From Paraspadella gotoi (taxonomy: Eukaryota > Animalia > Chaetognatha), in NCBI GenBank assembly GCA_051294375.1, contig CM119270.1, positions 14,602,051 to 14,666,050 on the forward strand: a DNA stretch of 64,000 bases, in the 5' to 3' direction. The first letter of the stretch is position 1. Every line of letters begins with the position of its first letter. Shown here piece by piece: positions 1 to 12,900 of this stretch. The notes under the pieces are model-generated. The model ran no database searches and was not told the origin of the DNA. It saw only the letters and a program-made list of their open reading frames with translations. The position numbers and the translations under genes were made by a program.

Positions 1-250
1 GGCTTGACCCGGTGGCTTCTCGCCACGCCTCTCTGCTTCTTACCTTTCCTCTCATCCTGGCTACCATCTTGCTTCAAGCATTTCCTTCTTTTTCTTTCTC
101 TTTTCATTACCTGACTCTTATTACGTCTAATTTTTACTGCCTCTCGCTTTTCTTTCCTCTCCTATTTCCCCCCCATAATTTCTACTATTCTTCAATACAA
201 TCTTTACTACCTCCCTTATTCTCCCCCTCCCCTTTCCCTCCCCCCCGCAG

Positions 251-2952
251 AAAGAGGAAGAGGAGCGGGCGAAAAAGCTCGCGGCCGGGATGGACAAAAT
301 CAAGTCTCAGCTTCGAGCTGAAGAAGACGGCAAGGCGCAGGCGGAAATGGAAAACAAAGCCAAGCGGGCCGAGCTGGACGGAATCCTCTCAGCCCTGGAC
401 GTAAGTCTGGTTGTTGTTGTTGTTATCGCGGTGTATGGAGACGAGAATAAATCTAAAGCGCGATCGGAGTCCCCTCAGTCCTTTCAGTCAGTCCGTTCCT
501 GTTTGTAAGTTGTACTTGTTGATTTTGTTTTGTTTTGGTTCGTTTTCTTTAGATTTTTCTCGATTTTGTTTATCGGTGATTGTCTTATGTTGATATCGAT
601 GTAGTTTTGTTTGTTGTTGTCGTTGTTGTTGTTGTTGTGGGTATCGTCGCGGTCTTCAGTTTTTTATTTTCTTCTCCTCGGTTCCATGATTATTTTTTTG
701 TTTTGGTCGATGGCAAGGCATGGCATGGCAAGGCCGGCCAAGAAATCTCGATGAAATGCGACTCCCGCTTTCTGGTTTGACGATACGTGCTTCTCGGGAC
801 TTGAATATTTTTGTTATTGCTATTTTAGATAATATATATTTGTGTTTGAGATTAGTTTCCGTTTAGAGTGAACATTAAATGTCGTTTTGGTTGGAATTGT
901 TTAGTTTTTATCGATTATTTGTTTGCTCTACTTTGCTTTTCTGTTAAAAATTAAAATCCTTTTCGGTTTTGTTTTTTTTTTTTAGGGGGCGCGGTTGTTT
1001 TTGTTTTTGTTTCTCGATTTTTCTTTTCATTTTTTTTTATTGTTTTTTTTTTTTTTTTGTTGTGGTTGAAGGCGAAGCAAAGATGGAGCTGTCGTTTTTT
1101 GAACAATGTTGTCGCGGTTAAACCCTCGATGAATTATTAACGGAGTTTCCGACGACGACGACGACGACGACGACGGAAAAGAACTCGACCCCGTTTAAAC
1201 CTGTCGACGAAACGAGAGGCGCAGAAGCCAATGAACTTAATCGCCTCTCAATCATAACTCGGCGAAGGAAAGCGATAGACGAACATATTTCATGGCGTGA
1301 TGTATGCATTGTGATGTGTTATGGTAAGTGGTTAGATGAGTGAGTTTCTTACAAGATAAAACGGCTCCATGGGACTAGAGTTTAGTAATTTAATTTTCTT
1401 CAGCCTTTGAATTTGTATTTCTATTCCTTAGTTTAAAGCGATCTAGCTTGGAAGCCTTGTTATAATTTCCCTTTCTCTACATCAATCATTATTCATTCCT
1501 TTTTTCTACATCATTTTTCAATATCATTTCTTCTCTCCAGTCTGAACGGTCCCAGTCTGGAGAAGTGATGGAGCGCATCAGTCAGGCCGAGCAGCGTCTC
1601 GTCGACGTCACCGCGCAGCACGACGACTTCCAGAAAAGGTTGGAGGAAGAGAGGAACAACATGAAGAAGCAGCTCAAGGTAAGGCGGGGCCCGGGAGGAT
1701 TTATTTATATTGGCTGAACTTACCTTTAAAGTATTGTGAGTGCTTCTTGATCCGAGATAAAAAATGCAGCTTTAATGACCCAGCAAGACTGCTAGCCACT
1801 TTTTCCCCGGCGAGTCACCGTTTAACGGCCGAAGAAATCGGCAGCAAAATCGTCCGAGTGACCCATTAAAAGCCTAAACAGGGTGAACCCTGGGTGGTCA
1901 CAAAGATGTGGGAGTAGGGGGGTGGGGAAAGGGACGGACGAGGGCAGAGGCAAAGAATTGGAAAAAAAAGAATGATGGCCCTGAGAGGGAGGGAAGAATG
2001 GTTGATGGAATGGGAAAAATAAAGGAAAGGATGAAGGAAAGGAAGGGAGAGTGAGGGAAAGGAGAGACAGGGAAAGGACACAAAAGGAAAGTAAAAGGGT
2101 GAAAAGGAGAGACAGGGAAAAGACACAAAAAGAAAGTAAAATGAGGAAAAGGTGAGTGAGGGAAGTAAGAGGGAGGAAAGGTGTTATATGTCGGAGGAAG
2201 AGAAATGAGAAGAAAGTAAGGGGAAAGAATGATTGAATGAGAAGGAAAAAAGTGGGAGGCAGGAAAAGAGAGGGAGGAAAGGCAGAGGAAGAGGAATGAG
2301 ATCTAAAGGAAGAGGAAAGGAAAGAAAGAGGGATACGGTAAAGAGTTGGGAAACTTTAACCTTTTTTTTCCTCGGTCGTTTGGGAATCTACTCGAGGTTT
2401 CTGTTTTGTTTGGGTGAAGCATGAGAAGCGGAGATGAAAGAAAAAAAAGGGAGGAAAGGTGAAAGTGGAAAGATGGAAAGAAAAAGGGAAAAAAAGGAAA
2501 CAAAACAAAACAAGACGCGAATTTATGAAGATGCATAAGAGCATAAATTACTAAGATCTTTGATAATCGCGTAAATCGATAGGAAGTATAAAAAAGGCAT
2601 TAAATTTAGTAGGACCCAATTATGTAACAAAGGGCAAAACGCAAAAGGAAAAGAAAAGCGCGAAAAGCGAAAGTGTCAAAACCATCGAAACGCGTGAATA
2701 AAAAAAGAGAAAAAAAAAAGAAAGAAGAAGAAAAAAGCGAGAGAATGCTGCAGGCGGAAGGCGGCGACTTGGGAGAGCAAACGAAGCAAGAGCGACTTCA
2801 AAGGGTTTGGAGGCAGAAACGAGTTCAAGGAAAATAGCACGAAATTAATGAAGCGAAAAAACCTGGAAGGAAGAAGGACGATTTTTGTGTCTTGTGGCGT
2901 GAGGGGTGAAATGAGAGAGAGGAGAGAGAGAGAGAGAGAGAGAGAAAAAAAG

Positions 2953-3019
<67 letters not shown>

Positions 3020-5213
3020 GACAAGGGGGAGTGAAGTGGGGGTGAAAGGGAGAAGGGGTGGACGGAATTGGAGTGAATGCTAAATTTAAGATCAAATTGG
3101 GCGCATTCGGAAAAGTTTTCCATAAAGAAAAGCTGTATTGAAGAATAGCAAACATAAGTAAAGATAACGTATAGTTACTAACAATTGAACTAAAGTATGT
3201 AAATACTGAAGTACGTTGTTTCAACTCGAGGAATAAAGAATGGAAAGAGTGCCCTGCCTCTTGGGAGTTTAACTTCGGAGGCTTAGGGCCCAGGGGATAA
3301 AACTATAAATGAAAAGGGGACGGGGACGGAGACGGGGACGGGGACAGCTTGGAACAGGGGAAGGGAATCCAATCCCCTTTTTTTTACGGGGATCAAACGA
3401 GGTGACTTCGACTCAAACGACGGAAAAGTAGACCATCGGCGAATGAGGCGATAAAAACCGATGAGAATCCTCACCACTTAACTCTCTGTTGGGGGGCAAA
3501 GGGCGATCGAGAGGGGGGGGGCGAAAAGGGGGCGTGAGAACTTTTCTCTTGGCCAGATCGATCGGCAAAGGTCAGACCCTTGGCGGGTCGTGGCGGTGTC
3601 GCCTGGGAAATCGAGGTCGAAACGGGGTTACAGAATAGGGCATCGGAAGATGGCGTTGGGATGATTTACGAGAATGGAGGCGACAATGGCGTCGTATAGG
3701 GTAGGTTTTCATTGTGGCAAACGATAGGGGTCGTTTCTGCCGTTAGATATATCAACTGATTCACAAGTTGTATAGTCTTTTATTGTTGCTCGGTGAAATA
3801 TGAAAATGATGTCGCTCTTTATTTTCCAAACAATCAAAATCTGGTTGCAATCTGGCGAGGGAGGGTCTGTAAAATACTCGGGGGATCGAGCGAAGTGGAA
3901 AATTTGAGGTTGAAGACTCGAGGGACGAACCCCTGAAAAACGAGTTTTGCCGCGCGTCGCCGTATTTCGTCTTTTGAAACGAAAAGTAAAACGTGGGCTG
4001 CAGCGTGGTAGACTAAATAAGTCGAATTTTTTTTGTACAGCTCCGATGCTTAAACTGAAAATTGCTCGAAACTGCACCTCGGATGAAAAATTAGTTGTGA
4101 AAAATATACCTGATATCTAAGAATGGGTAGCTTTGAGGATAGCTTCGGCATAAAAGTAATGAAAGATCATATAGCGAACTAGAGAGAAAATAAATTTATT
4201 TTGTATATAAAACGAACTAAATGTTCTTAAAAAAAACGGAAACATATGCGGGAAACGCGTGGAATTTTATCGACGAATCTTTGCCCTTTTTTTTATAAGT
4301 CAATGCGAATAGGAAATAAAAAAAAACAACTTTTCCTCCAATGAAATCTTTTTTTCCTTCCTTTTTTTTCCGCAGGAGGTGAAGGAAAAGATGGAGGAGC
4401 AGAAGAAGGAGATGCAGCGACAGATGCAGGAGCTGCGTGACCGACAACACTCCAACGGAATGTGTGAGTCAAGGATCCTACGATTGGCGGAATTTTGTGT
4501 GTGGGGGGGAGAGGGGAGGGAGTTGGACGAAAGAGGGAGTTTCTTTTATATTGAGAGACCAAGGCTGCCCGGCAAACTGAACCTTGATTCAAAATTCCAA
4601 ACAAAATATTATTTTAAATCTGGAAATGATATATTCTACGTCCTAATATATTTATATTAAAAATTCATTCATAAAATTGTTACAGATCAAATAATTTTCC
4701 CGTCTTGTCCACAACGGAGGCGTTGTCTAAAATTGTAAAAAGTCTAAAAAATTGGATGTCTAATCGTTCAGACAGGAAAGAACTTTTCATTTTGTCCGGA
4801 TATATGGACCCACCCCTGTATATGGAAACACAGTCAAAAATTCGAACCCCGTTCCAACTCCAAAACCCGATTCTATTTGACAAAAATTGGACTTGACCCA
4901 AAAGCTAAACCATATAATTGAAACGTTCCAAAAATATTATCGCAAAAACCGGCCTATTTTTCAATCTAAATTCCATTATAACGAAAAAGGCCCGGATCTG
5001 GGACACCTTGCCATCCTTACCCACCCGAATCCAGTTTGGCCAGAGCCTCAATTTTCTCCGCCGTTTTCGTCCACAGCCCATCAGACGTTGAAGAGCAAGG
5101 CCATTTCCTTGGAGAGCGAGAAGGAGGCATTGAAGGGAGAAATCGGAAGCATCTCTGAGGAAATCGCTAAACTCGACAAAAAGGCTCAGGTAATTACATT
5201 TTATTTGCCTTCG

Positions 5214-5297
<84 letters not shown>

Positions 5298-6773
5298 CTC
5301 CCTCCCTTTCCTCTCTCCACTCTTCTCCCTCGCTTTATATCCCCTGCCGTCAAAACATTAAAGATCCGCCAAGCTGAAAATTCCATTTGCATAGCCAAGT
5401 ACAGGGGAAAGCTTTTATGGAAAAAAAACTTTTCAAAAATAGTACATATTTTCTTCTTTATTTTATTTTAATATTCGTTAAAATATTGATTATTTATATG
5501 TTCTAGCGACTAAATTATGATCGATGATTATTCAAATAATAACCTAAGCGATGTAAATTCCGGTTCCCACGAAAAATTCAGGGAACAAAAGGCGAGAACA
5601 ATCGGAAAATGTTAAATAAGCATGAAAGCCTCGGAGACCCGGGAATTTTTCATAAAGGAAAATCGAGTCTGAAATTTATGTGAATAGATAATAAGGCGGA
5701 CGGATTTAAACGAAGGCTCTTTGCGACGACAATTGCAGGCTCTGTTGGTGGACAAGAAGGACATCTGGAACGCCATTGGCGACTTGCAAATTGCCGTCAC
5801 CAACGAAATCACCAGGGGTTGTCACATCGCCAAGGAGAAGACGGAGGTACGAGTGGGGGGGAGGTGAAAGGGTGGGGGATGTTAATGGAATATATTGAGA
5901 GGTGAGGAGTTAAAAGGATAATAAAAGATCGAGAAAGTGAGTACGAACTTCAAATGACTTTTTGAACAGTTCATTTGCTTTTGAGATTCCAGAGTTATTA
6001 AAAAGAAATGTATATAAGTATATAATGATATTATATATCAATATAATATATTATAATATTATTATAATAATATATCTGTTGATGAGAGTCTTGATTGAAA
6101 GCTTGCAGGGACCTGCTATGTCAGTATCATGTAAGAGTGATGGAGGCCTTAAACCACCAAAGCCTGTCCAAATCAGGGGCAGATAGCTTATTTATTAAAT
6201 GAATGGATAATTTTTATATTGGTGTTACCAATTTTCATAACATATATACATACATATTTCAAGAAAACCTCATACTTACCTAACCGTTTCTCTACCCTCG
6301 ATTTCCCACCATCTCAACCCACTTACCTTCTCCCGGGAATTCCCCAGGAAAAACAAACTAGCAAATGAACCGACCGACCGACTAACGACTTTTAAAAAAA
6401 AACTCTCCTCACGACTTAAAAAGACAAAAGAGCGACGTCTTTTTTTTGCTTCTTCTTTCATAAATAATTAAAAGATTCTCATTGAATATTAAAAAGAGGC
6501 TGTGGGGAGAATGCAATGTGAAAAGATGTGAGAAGACCAAGGTTTTGTGACGATTTTTCACGCGATTATAAAAACGAAGAGCGCTGAAGTGTGAAGGCGC
6601 TGAAGAAGATAAAATTAATTGCTCACGACAGAAATTGCAATGACGACAAGGAGACCATGACATTTGGTTTTTTTTATCATTTGCAGATGCAATACTACAT
6701 CGCCAACGAGAGAAGAATCAAAGAGATGAAGAGTTTCGGCATTACGGAGTCCAAAGAAGAGACGAGCGCTTAA
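251..6773 (+). CDS. 3' part of a coiled-coil protein gene (6 exons; 5' end outside the window)
   Basis: Phase-consistent GT-AG exons 251-400, 1541-1678, 4376-4463, 5077-5189, 5739-5846, 6687-6773 (TAA). They join to KEEEERAKKLAAGMDKIKSQLRAEED...ERISQAEQRLVDV...EVKEKMEEQKKEMQRQMQELRD...ALLVDKKDIWNAIGDLQIAVTNE...MQYYIANERRIKEMKSFGITESKEETSA*, which is E/K/Q-rich and heptad-like. Family not recognised. Confidence 0.85.
6075..6240 (-). repeat. Dispersed ~165-bp repeat, copy 1 (intronic; probable non-autonomous TE fragment)
   Basis: Its reverse complement aligns with 24415-24577 (ccaatataaaaattat..cattcatttaataaataagctat..ctgcccctga..ggacaggctttggt..tttaaggcctcc..gcaggtccctgca..caatcaag). Confidence 0.8.
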
Positions 6774-7610
6774 TGCCGTAATGCTCTAACGTTTTCAAAA
6801 CAGCGTTTCGCTGTCACTTGCCGGAAATGCCGCGACCCCGAACGACTTGAATAGCCGGAAACAACGTTGAAGAAATTCGAGATCCGTCCGGAAGAAACAA
6901 GGATCCCAATGTAGCTTCGATTTAAGGGGATATCGTGTGATATTCCTAAAATATTAACATCGAAACGTAGTTATCCAAACGTGAGAGTTGACCGTCGTAC
7001 ATCCACTAAAAAATCGTATTTAATCTAGACCTAATTTTTTTTTTTCTGCGCACAAAATTTTCTTTTTTCATTATAGATTTATAGCGAAAATATAAATGAA
7101 TGATTTTCTAACAAAAAAGAGATTTCCAATGGTACAAATCCTTTTTTTTAAACTTCATTCAGTTAGAAACCGTTAACACAATTGAATTCAATTCGGATAC
7201 AAATATATCCTCACATACAAACGCACATGTAAACCACGACTCATTCGTCCAAGGGCTATTTATTGTTATTGTTTTTTGTGCTTATTTATTCATTTAACAA
7301 TGTTTTTTCTTTCCCCATTTTTGTAAATAAGCGAAAATTGATTTTTGTAACTAATTTCGCGAGAGTCACAACACAGTTGAATTCGAGGCCTTTTCACTTT
7401 ACAGCTGTAGTTTTTTTTCCTATTTTTATTTTTTTTAACCAGAATTGTATATTTTTTTATTGATTATTGTATTTTTTTTGTTTATTTTCGAGTGTGAAAG
7501 TTTTTCCGCGTTGCAACTGCTTTTTTTTACAATCGAGTCATGTCCTTTATATTCCTTTTAAAGTTTGCCGAGACGTTTTTGTCGTTCCTTCCCGCTATCT
7601 CTCTCCCTCT

Positions 7611-10600
7611 NNNNNNNNNNNNNNNNNNNNNNNNNNNNNNNNNNNNNNNNNNNNNNNNNNNNNNNNNNNNNNNNNNNNNNNNNNNNNNNNNNNNNNNNNN
7701 NNNNNNNNNNNNNNNNNNNNNNNNNNNNNNNNNNNNNNNNNNNNNNNNNNNNNNNNNNNNNNNNNNNNNNNNNNNNNNNNNNNNNNNNNNNNNNNNNNNN
7801 NNNNNNNNNNNNNNNNNNNNNNNNNNNNNNNNNNNNNNNNNNNNNNNNNNNNNCTCTCTTCTCTCTCTCTCTCTCTCCTCCTCGTTCTCTCTCTTGTCTA
7901 GTCGTCGCTCTTTCTTTCTCTCTCACTATCATCTTCTCTTACCCTCTCCCTCTACCCTTGTTTCTCTCTCTCTTCTCCCCTCTCCTTATCTCTCTTTCTC
8001 CACTCCTACTCGTTGCATGTTATAGTTGTACATATACGTATATATGTAATCATGTTCGCAAAAATCTCCCTTGGATTTTCATGTCCGAATGTTACATGAC
8101 ATCATAAATCACTCGCCCACTCCACAAAAACAAAAGATTACAAAGACGCCGGCGACAAAGACAACGGCTGAAGCCACCACTACTTCGACAATACGAGGAA
8201 GATAGTCGTGAATAAAAGCGAAGGTTTAAAAGAGAAAAACGTTACGATAACATTCGAGTACATGCGGAGATCTCAGATGACTTTACAGGACATTAAATTT
8301 GTCTCACACGTACCAGTGAGCTATATTTGTAAATAGTAATAAGTACATTATAGGCTGAAATTTTAAAATGGAAATTTCACAATTTTAAGACCGGATTTAA
8401 AATCATTACAAAAAGTATAATTCTTCTTTCAAAATTCTTTCATTAAGTTGGTAAAAAATTTTAAAAAATATATTTAAGATTACTATTTTTAATTTTTAGC
8501 TTAAACATTTTTTTTTATTATTTTAACCTACTTAATGACATAATTTTTAAAAAAGATTTTATGAGGAATCTGATCGATCCGGTATATATATATATATATA
8601 TTATTAACAGATAGTACCATTTTAAAATTTTATTAAATAAAAAACGTTTTGTTGTCTAATGTCTATTTAAGCCAAAAGAATGTGGTTTTGCCTTTTACTG
8701 AAGTAATCATTGATTTATTCACCACCAAACGCCTTTCGAATTTAAAGCTTTGTATCGCGTTAACCGCGCGAATTCCTTGAAAAAAAAAGTCCAGTTTTCT
8801 AAACGGCTGCCATTTTTTTTTCTTGGAAAAGAACCGGTTCTTTTAAGCGCCTCACATCCGCAGAATTGCGCGGGATTCTTTAAATGGGATCCGCTTCGCG
8901 AATAAAAAAAAGGATTTCTTTTTTCCTTTCACTCTTTCTCGCTCGATCGCTTGGGTTCTCCGACTCTTCTTTCCTCTGCTTCTTTTTGAATTCGATGCAA
9001 AATTTAAAAAAACAAAAATAATTTACATATTGATGCAAAGACCAATCGCAAAGATGCCACCTAGGAAAAAAAAATTAAATAAATCGTTCCAGTATTTTTC
9101 TTTAAGCTTGTGCTGCCCTCACTTTGTTTAGCCCTCGTCATATGGTCCTAATTAAAGTCTATTGTCTCATCTTTACACTTTAAATTCGTCCCGATCATTT
9201 CATTTTCCTTTTCTCTTCCCATCCTCTNNNNNNNNNNNNNNNNNNNNNNNNNNNNNNNNNNNNNNNNNNNNNNNNNNNNNNNNNNNNNNNNNNNNNNNNN
9301 NNNNNNNNNNNNNNNNNNNNNNNNNNNNNNNNNNNNNNNNNNNNNNNNNNNNNNNNNNNNNNNNNNNNNNNNNNNNNNNNNNNNNNNNNNNNNNNNNNNN
9401 NNNNNNNNNNNNNNNNNNNNNNNNNNNNNNNNNNNNNNNNNNNNNNNNNNNNNNNNNNNNNNNNNNNNNNNNNNNNNNNNNNNNNNNNNNNNNNNNNNNN
9501 NNNNNNNNNNNNNNNNNNNNNNNNNNNNNNNNNNNNNNNNNNNNNNNNNNNNNNNNNNNNNNNNNNNNNNNNNNNNNNNNNNNNNNNNNNNNNNNNNNNN
9601 NNNNNNNNNNNNNNNNNNNNNNNNNNNNNNNNNNNNNNNNNNNNNNNNNNNNNNNNNNNNNNNNNNNNNNNNNNNNNNNNNNNNNNNNNNNNNNNNNNNN
9701 NNNNNNNNNNNNNNNNNNNNNNNNNNNNNNNNNNNNNNNNNNNNNNNNNNNNNNNNNNNNNNNNNNNNNNNNNNNNNNNNNNNNNNNNNNNNNNNNNNNN
9801 NNNNNNNNNNNNNNNNNNNNNNNNNNNNNNNNNNNNNNNNNNNNNNNNNNNNNNNNNNNNNNNNNNNNNNNNNNNNNNNNNNNNNNNNNNNNNNNNNNNN
9901 NNNNNNNNNNNNNNNNNNNNNNNNNNNNNNNNTTCGTTTCACTCTATCTTTGTAAATGGGTTTATTTGTGGTTAGTTTCTAAGAAGAAAATATTTACGGC
10001 CTTTAGTGATAATCTAAGCTCAAATTTATGTTGTAAAAAAGCTTATTTCACAAGTTACCTGACATCTCATTCACTGGTCGCGGGTTTTACGAGTGCAATT
10101 ATTTTTCAAATGAGATAACAAGATCTAGTGATGATGTTATGAAATTATGACATTAAAAACTTTAAAATATTATGTTTATTTAAATTAGTTAAAAAGTATT
10201 TAAAAAAAAAATTTCTCCAAAACCTGCGCCAAATTAAAACCGTTCCGCTTCAAAAGCAAACGAGAAAAGTTCTTCGGAAAGTTGTAAATAAAAAATATTT
10301 TGCGCGGATTTAAAAGTGAAATCGTTTGGCTTTTAAGACAACCAACTTTCCGGTTGACTGCCCAAACGACTACGCGACAAGTAAACACAGAAAAAAAAAA
10401 TCGCGCAAAAAGAAGAAAAAAAAAAGCAAGACAAAACGAAAGCGACCCGAGTGACATGTCGTCCAAATTCGCGATTCCATTTTACCAAAACAGTTGAATC
10501 CACAAAAAAAAAAAAAAGACGCCAACCGAATGGAATGTCACAGACCGAGAGTTATTCCCTCATGCCCATGATCTCATTACCAGCCCTTCGTTGCTCTCCA

Positions 10601-12616
10601 TTCATGCGCGCCAAGTCTCAGACCGGAGCGAACGTTTNNNNNNNNNNNNNNNNNNNNNNNNNNNNNNNNNNNNNNNNNNNNNNNNNNNNNNNNNNNNNNN
10701 NNNNNNNNNNNNNNNNNNNNNNNNNNNNNNNNNNNNNNNNNNNNNNNNNNNNNNNATTATGTAAAATAATTCTAGCGGATGTGCACCAAGAAATTAACGA
10801 ACGAATCCGGACAAAACATTGAAAAAGCGAATAAATATTTTGAAAATAAGGAACATTGACAAAATACTTTTGAAAATCGCGCGATTTGAGCGAGGAGAAT
10901 TTTAATAACCAGACCCCAAAAGGAGGTTCAAGGAATAAAAAGAGAGTGAGAGAGAGAGAGAGAGAGCGTCTCTTTTCCTCACATCACGGCCTCCGTAAAA
11001 ACATCCACAAAAAAAGAAGGTCATGTTTGAGAGAGATGAATAAAGGAAGGCCCTTCGATCGTTGGAAGGAAGATCGGATGGGGAGATTTTCCCAAACATA
11101 AAGACAACACGGGATTTTTTTTCCTTTTTATTTATTTTTAAGTTTTTTTGACTTCTATTTAATCCATTTAAATACATCCTACTATTCATGTCACCACTAG
11201 ATCTTATGTAAATTTAAAAAGCATGGCGAAAAGTATTATTCCTTTTACTAAATTTTAAAGAAACAAGAATGGTNNNNNNNNNNNNNNNNNNNNNNNNNTA
11301 TGGTAAATTCAAATGTGTTGCGCCGAAGTGACTGCCTTATCCACATTTAGGTTTCTTGTGATATGATATGACATGAATGCATGACTACACAATAACTTAT
11401 TAAACTTACTTAACTTTCTTATTTATGACAATGCACTGCATGCAAAAATTCGTCTTTTATTCCTTATAGTTTTAGGAATTTCCCTGAGGGCGGCCGCTAG
11501 CAGTCGTCTTCACGAATTTGCGGTTTTTTTCTGCATCCTTAGCAAATGAGCATCAAAGCCAACGCCTGTAAGCAAATGTAATATGTTGCATTTTTTTTAG
11601 TAGAGAAAGCACGTCAACGGTGCTGAGTTTACCTATGCCGCATGTGAGTGATCGAACGAGGACACTAATCCAATACCGGAGACGACGAGAACGGAACGCA
11701 ACTGCAGTAGAAGATGTATATTAATGAGTTGCAGACTTGACTACGGACCAGATATCGGATTGGAGTCATTGTTCCATGACGATCGAGAGATGTGGGGTGC
11801 GCTGTACATAAACTATGAGCTTTATAATAGATTTCACGAAATGATATCGAGGAACCTTAATCGTAGATTTCCGTCTTGATAGTCTTATTGTGAAAGATAA
11901 TCTCTTACCACCTCACAAAAAATCTGTATGAACAAAACGTAGAAAAAGTCATGTGACAAGCGCGAGGAAATTAATGAAAAAATCCATGATTGTTTAGTAA
12001 AATCAGTGGCGCCGATATAAGTGAAATAAAAAATTTGCAAAACCGGACGAAGAGAGGAGACGGAAAGAGAGAGACAGAAGGAGGACGAGGAGAGAGAGAG
12101 ACAGAAGAGAGAGAGAGATGAGGAGAAGAGGAGAGAGGATGGAGAGAGAGAGAGGCAGGACAGAAAAAATTCCTATATTTTTTCTCCACAACCGGGGAAA
12201 AGTAAAAAAACCACAGTTTTGTTTCAACCTTGGAAGCGACCGAGAGCGCGCGGGATTTTCCTCCATATTGCACGCCTTCCTGACAAAATAGGTACAAAAA
12301 AAAAAAAAAGGGAGAAAAGCCATCCATTGACTGAAAAAAAACCACAGTTTTTTCAACCTTGAGCGAGAGAGCGCGGGATTTTCCCTCCCATTCTTCGCAC
12401 CTTCCTGACAAAAGGTAAAAAAAAANNNNNNNNNNNNNNNNNNNNNNNNNNNNNNNNNNNNNNNNNNNNNNNNNNNNNNNNNNNNNNNNNNNNNNNNNNN
12501 NNNNNNNNNNNNNNNNNNNNNNNNNNNNNNNNNNNNNNNNNNNNNNNNNNNNNNNNNNNNNNNNNNNNNNNNNNNNNNNNNNNNNNNNNNNNNNNNNNNN
12601 NNNNNNNNNNNNNNNN
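7611..12616. other. Gap-rich, poorly assembled interval
   Basis: N-runs at 7611-7853, 9228-9932, 10638-10755, 11274-11298 (25 N) and 12426-12616. Further gaps lie at 15524-15548 (25 N) and 33060-33073. Confidence 0.95.
12200..12425 (+). repeat. Tandem ~100-bp duplication next to a gap
   Basis: aaaaccacagtttt..tcaacctt..gagagcgcg..ggattttcc..ccttcctgacaaaa..ggt occurs at ~12205-12300 and ~12335-12425. The copies differ mostly by indels. Confidence 0.75.
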
Positions 12617-12830
12617 CCTAACTCGCGAGGCCATTATTCATCGCGTAACGTTATTCCCCCTAATTGGTCACGAACCCGATTCCAGCTTACCGACCCGACG
12701 AACGAAGAGACGTCCTTGAGAAATGCCTCGCTTCCATTTATTCCATCGACTTACCTCAACCAACAAGACTCGAAGACTCCCGTTAGTTCTACTACCTTTT
12801 TCTAAATTCACTGAGATTTCAACTTTACTC

Positions 12831-12900
<70 letters not shown>

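Noticed and set aside
2676-3224. Many ORFs of SLSLSL/RERERE/FFLS type here and throughout the window
   Set aside because: They are translations of (AG)n, (CT)n and (AAAG)n microsatellites.
9148-10118. Long ORFs containing X
   Set aside because: They are open only because they cross N-gaps.
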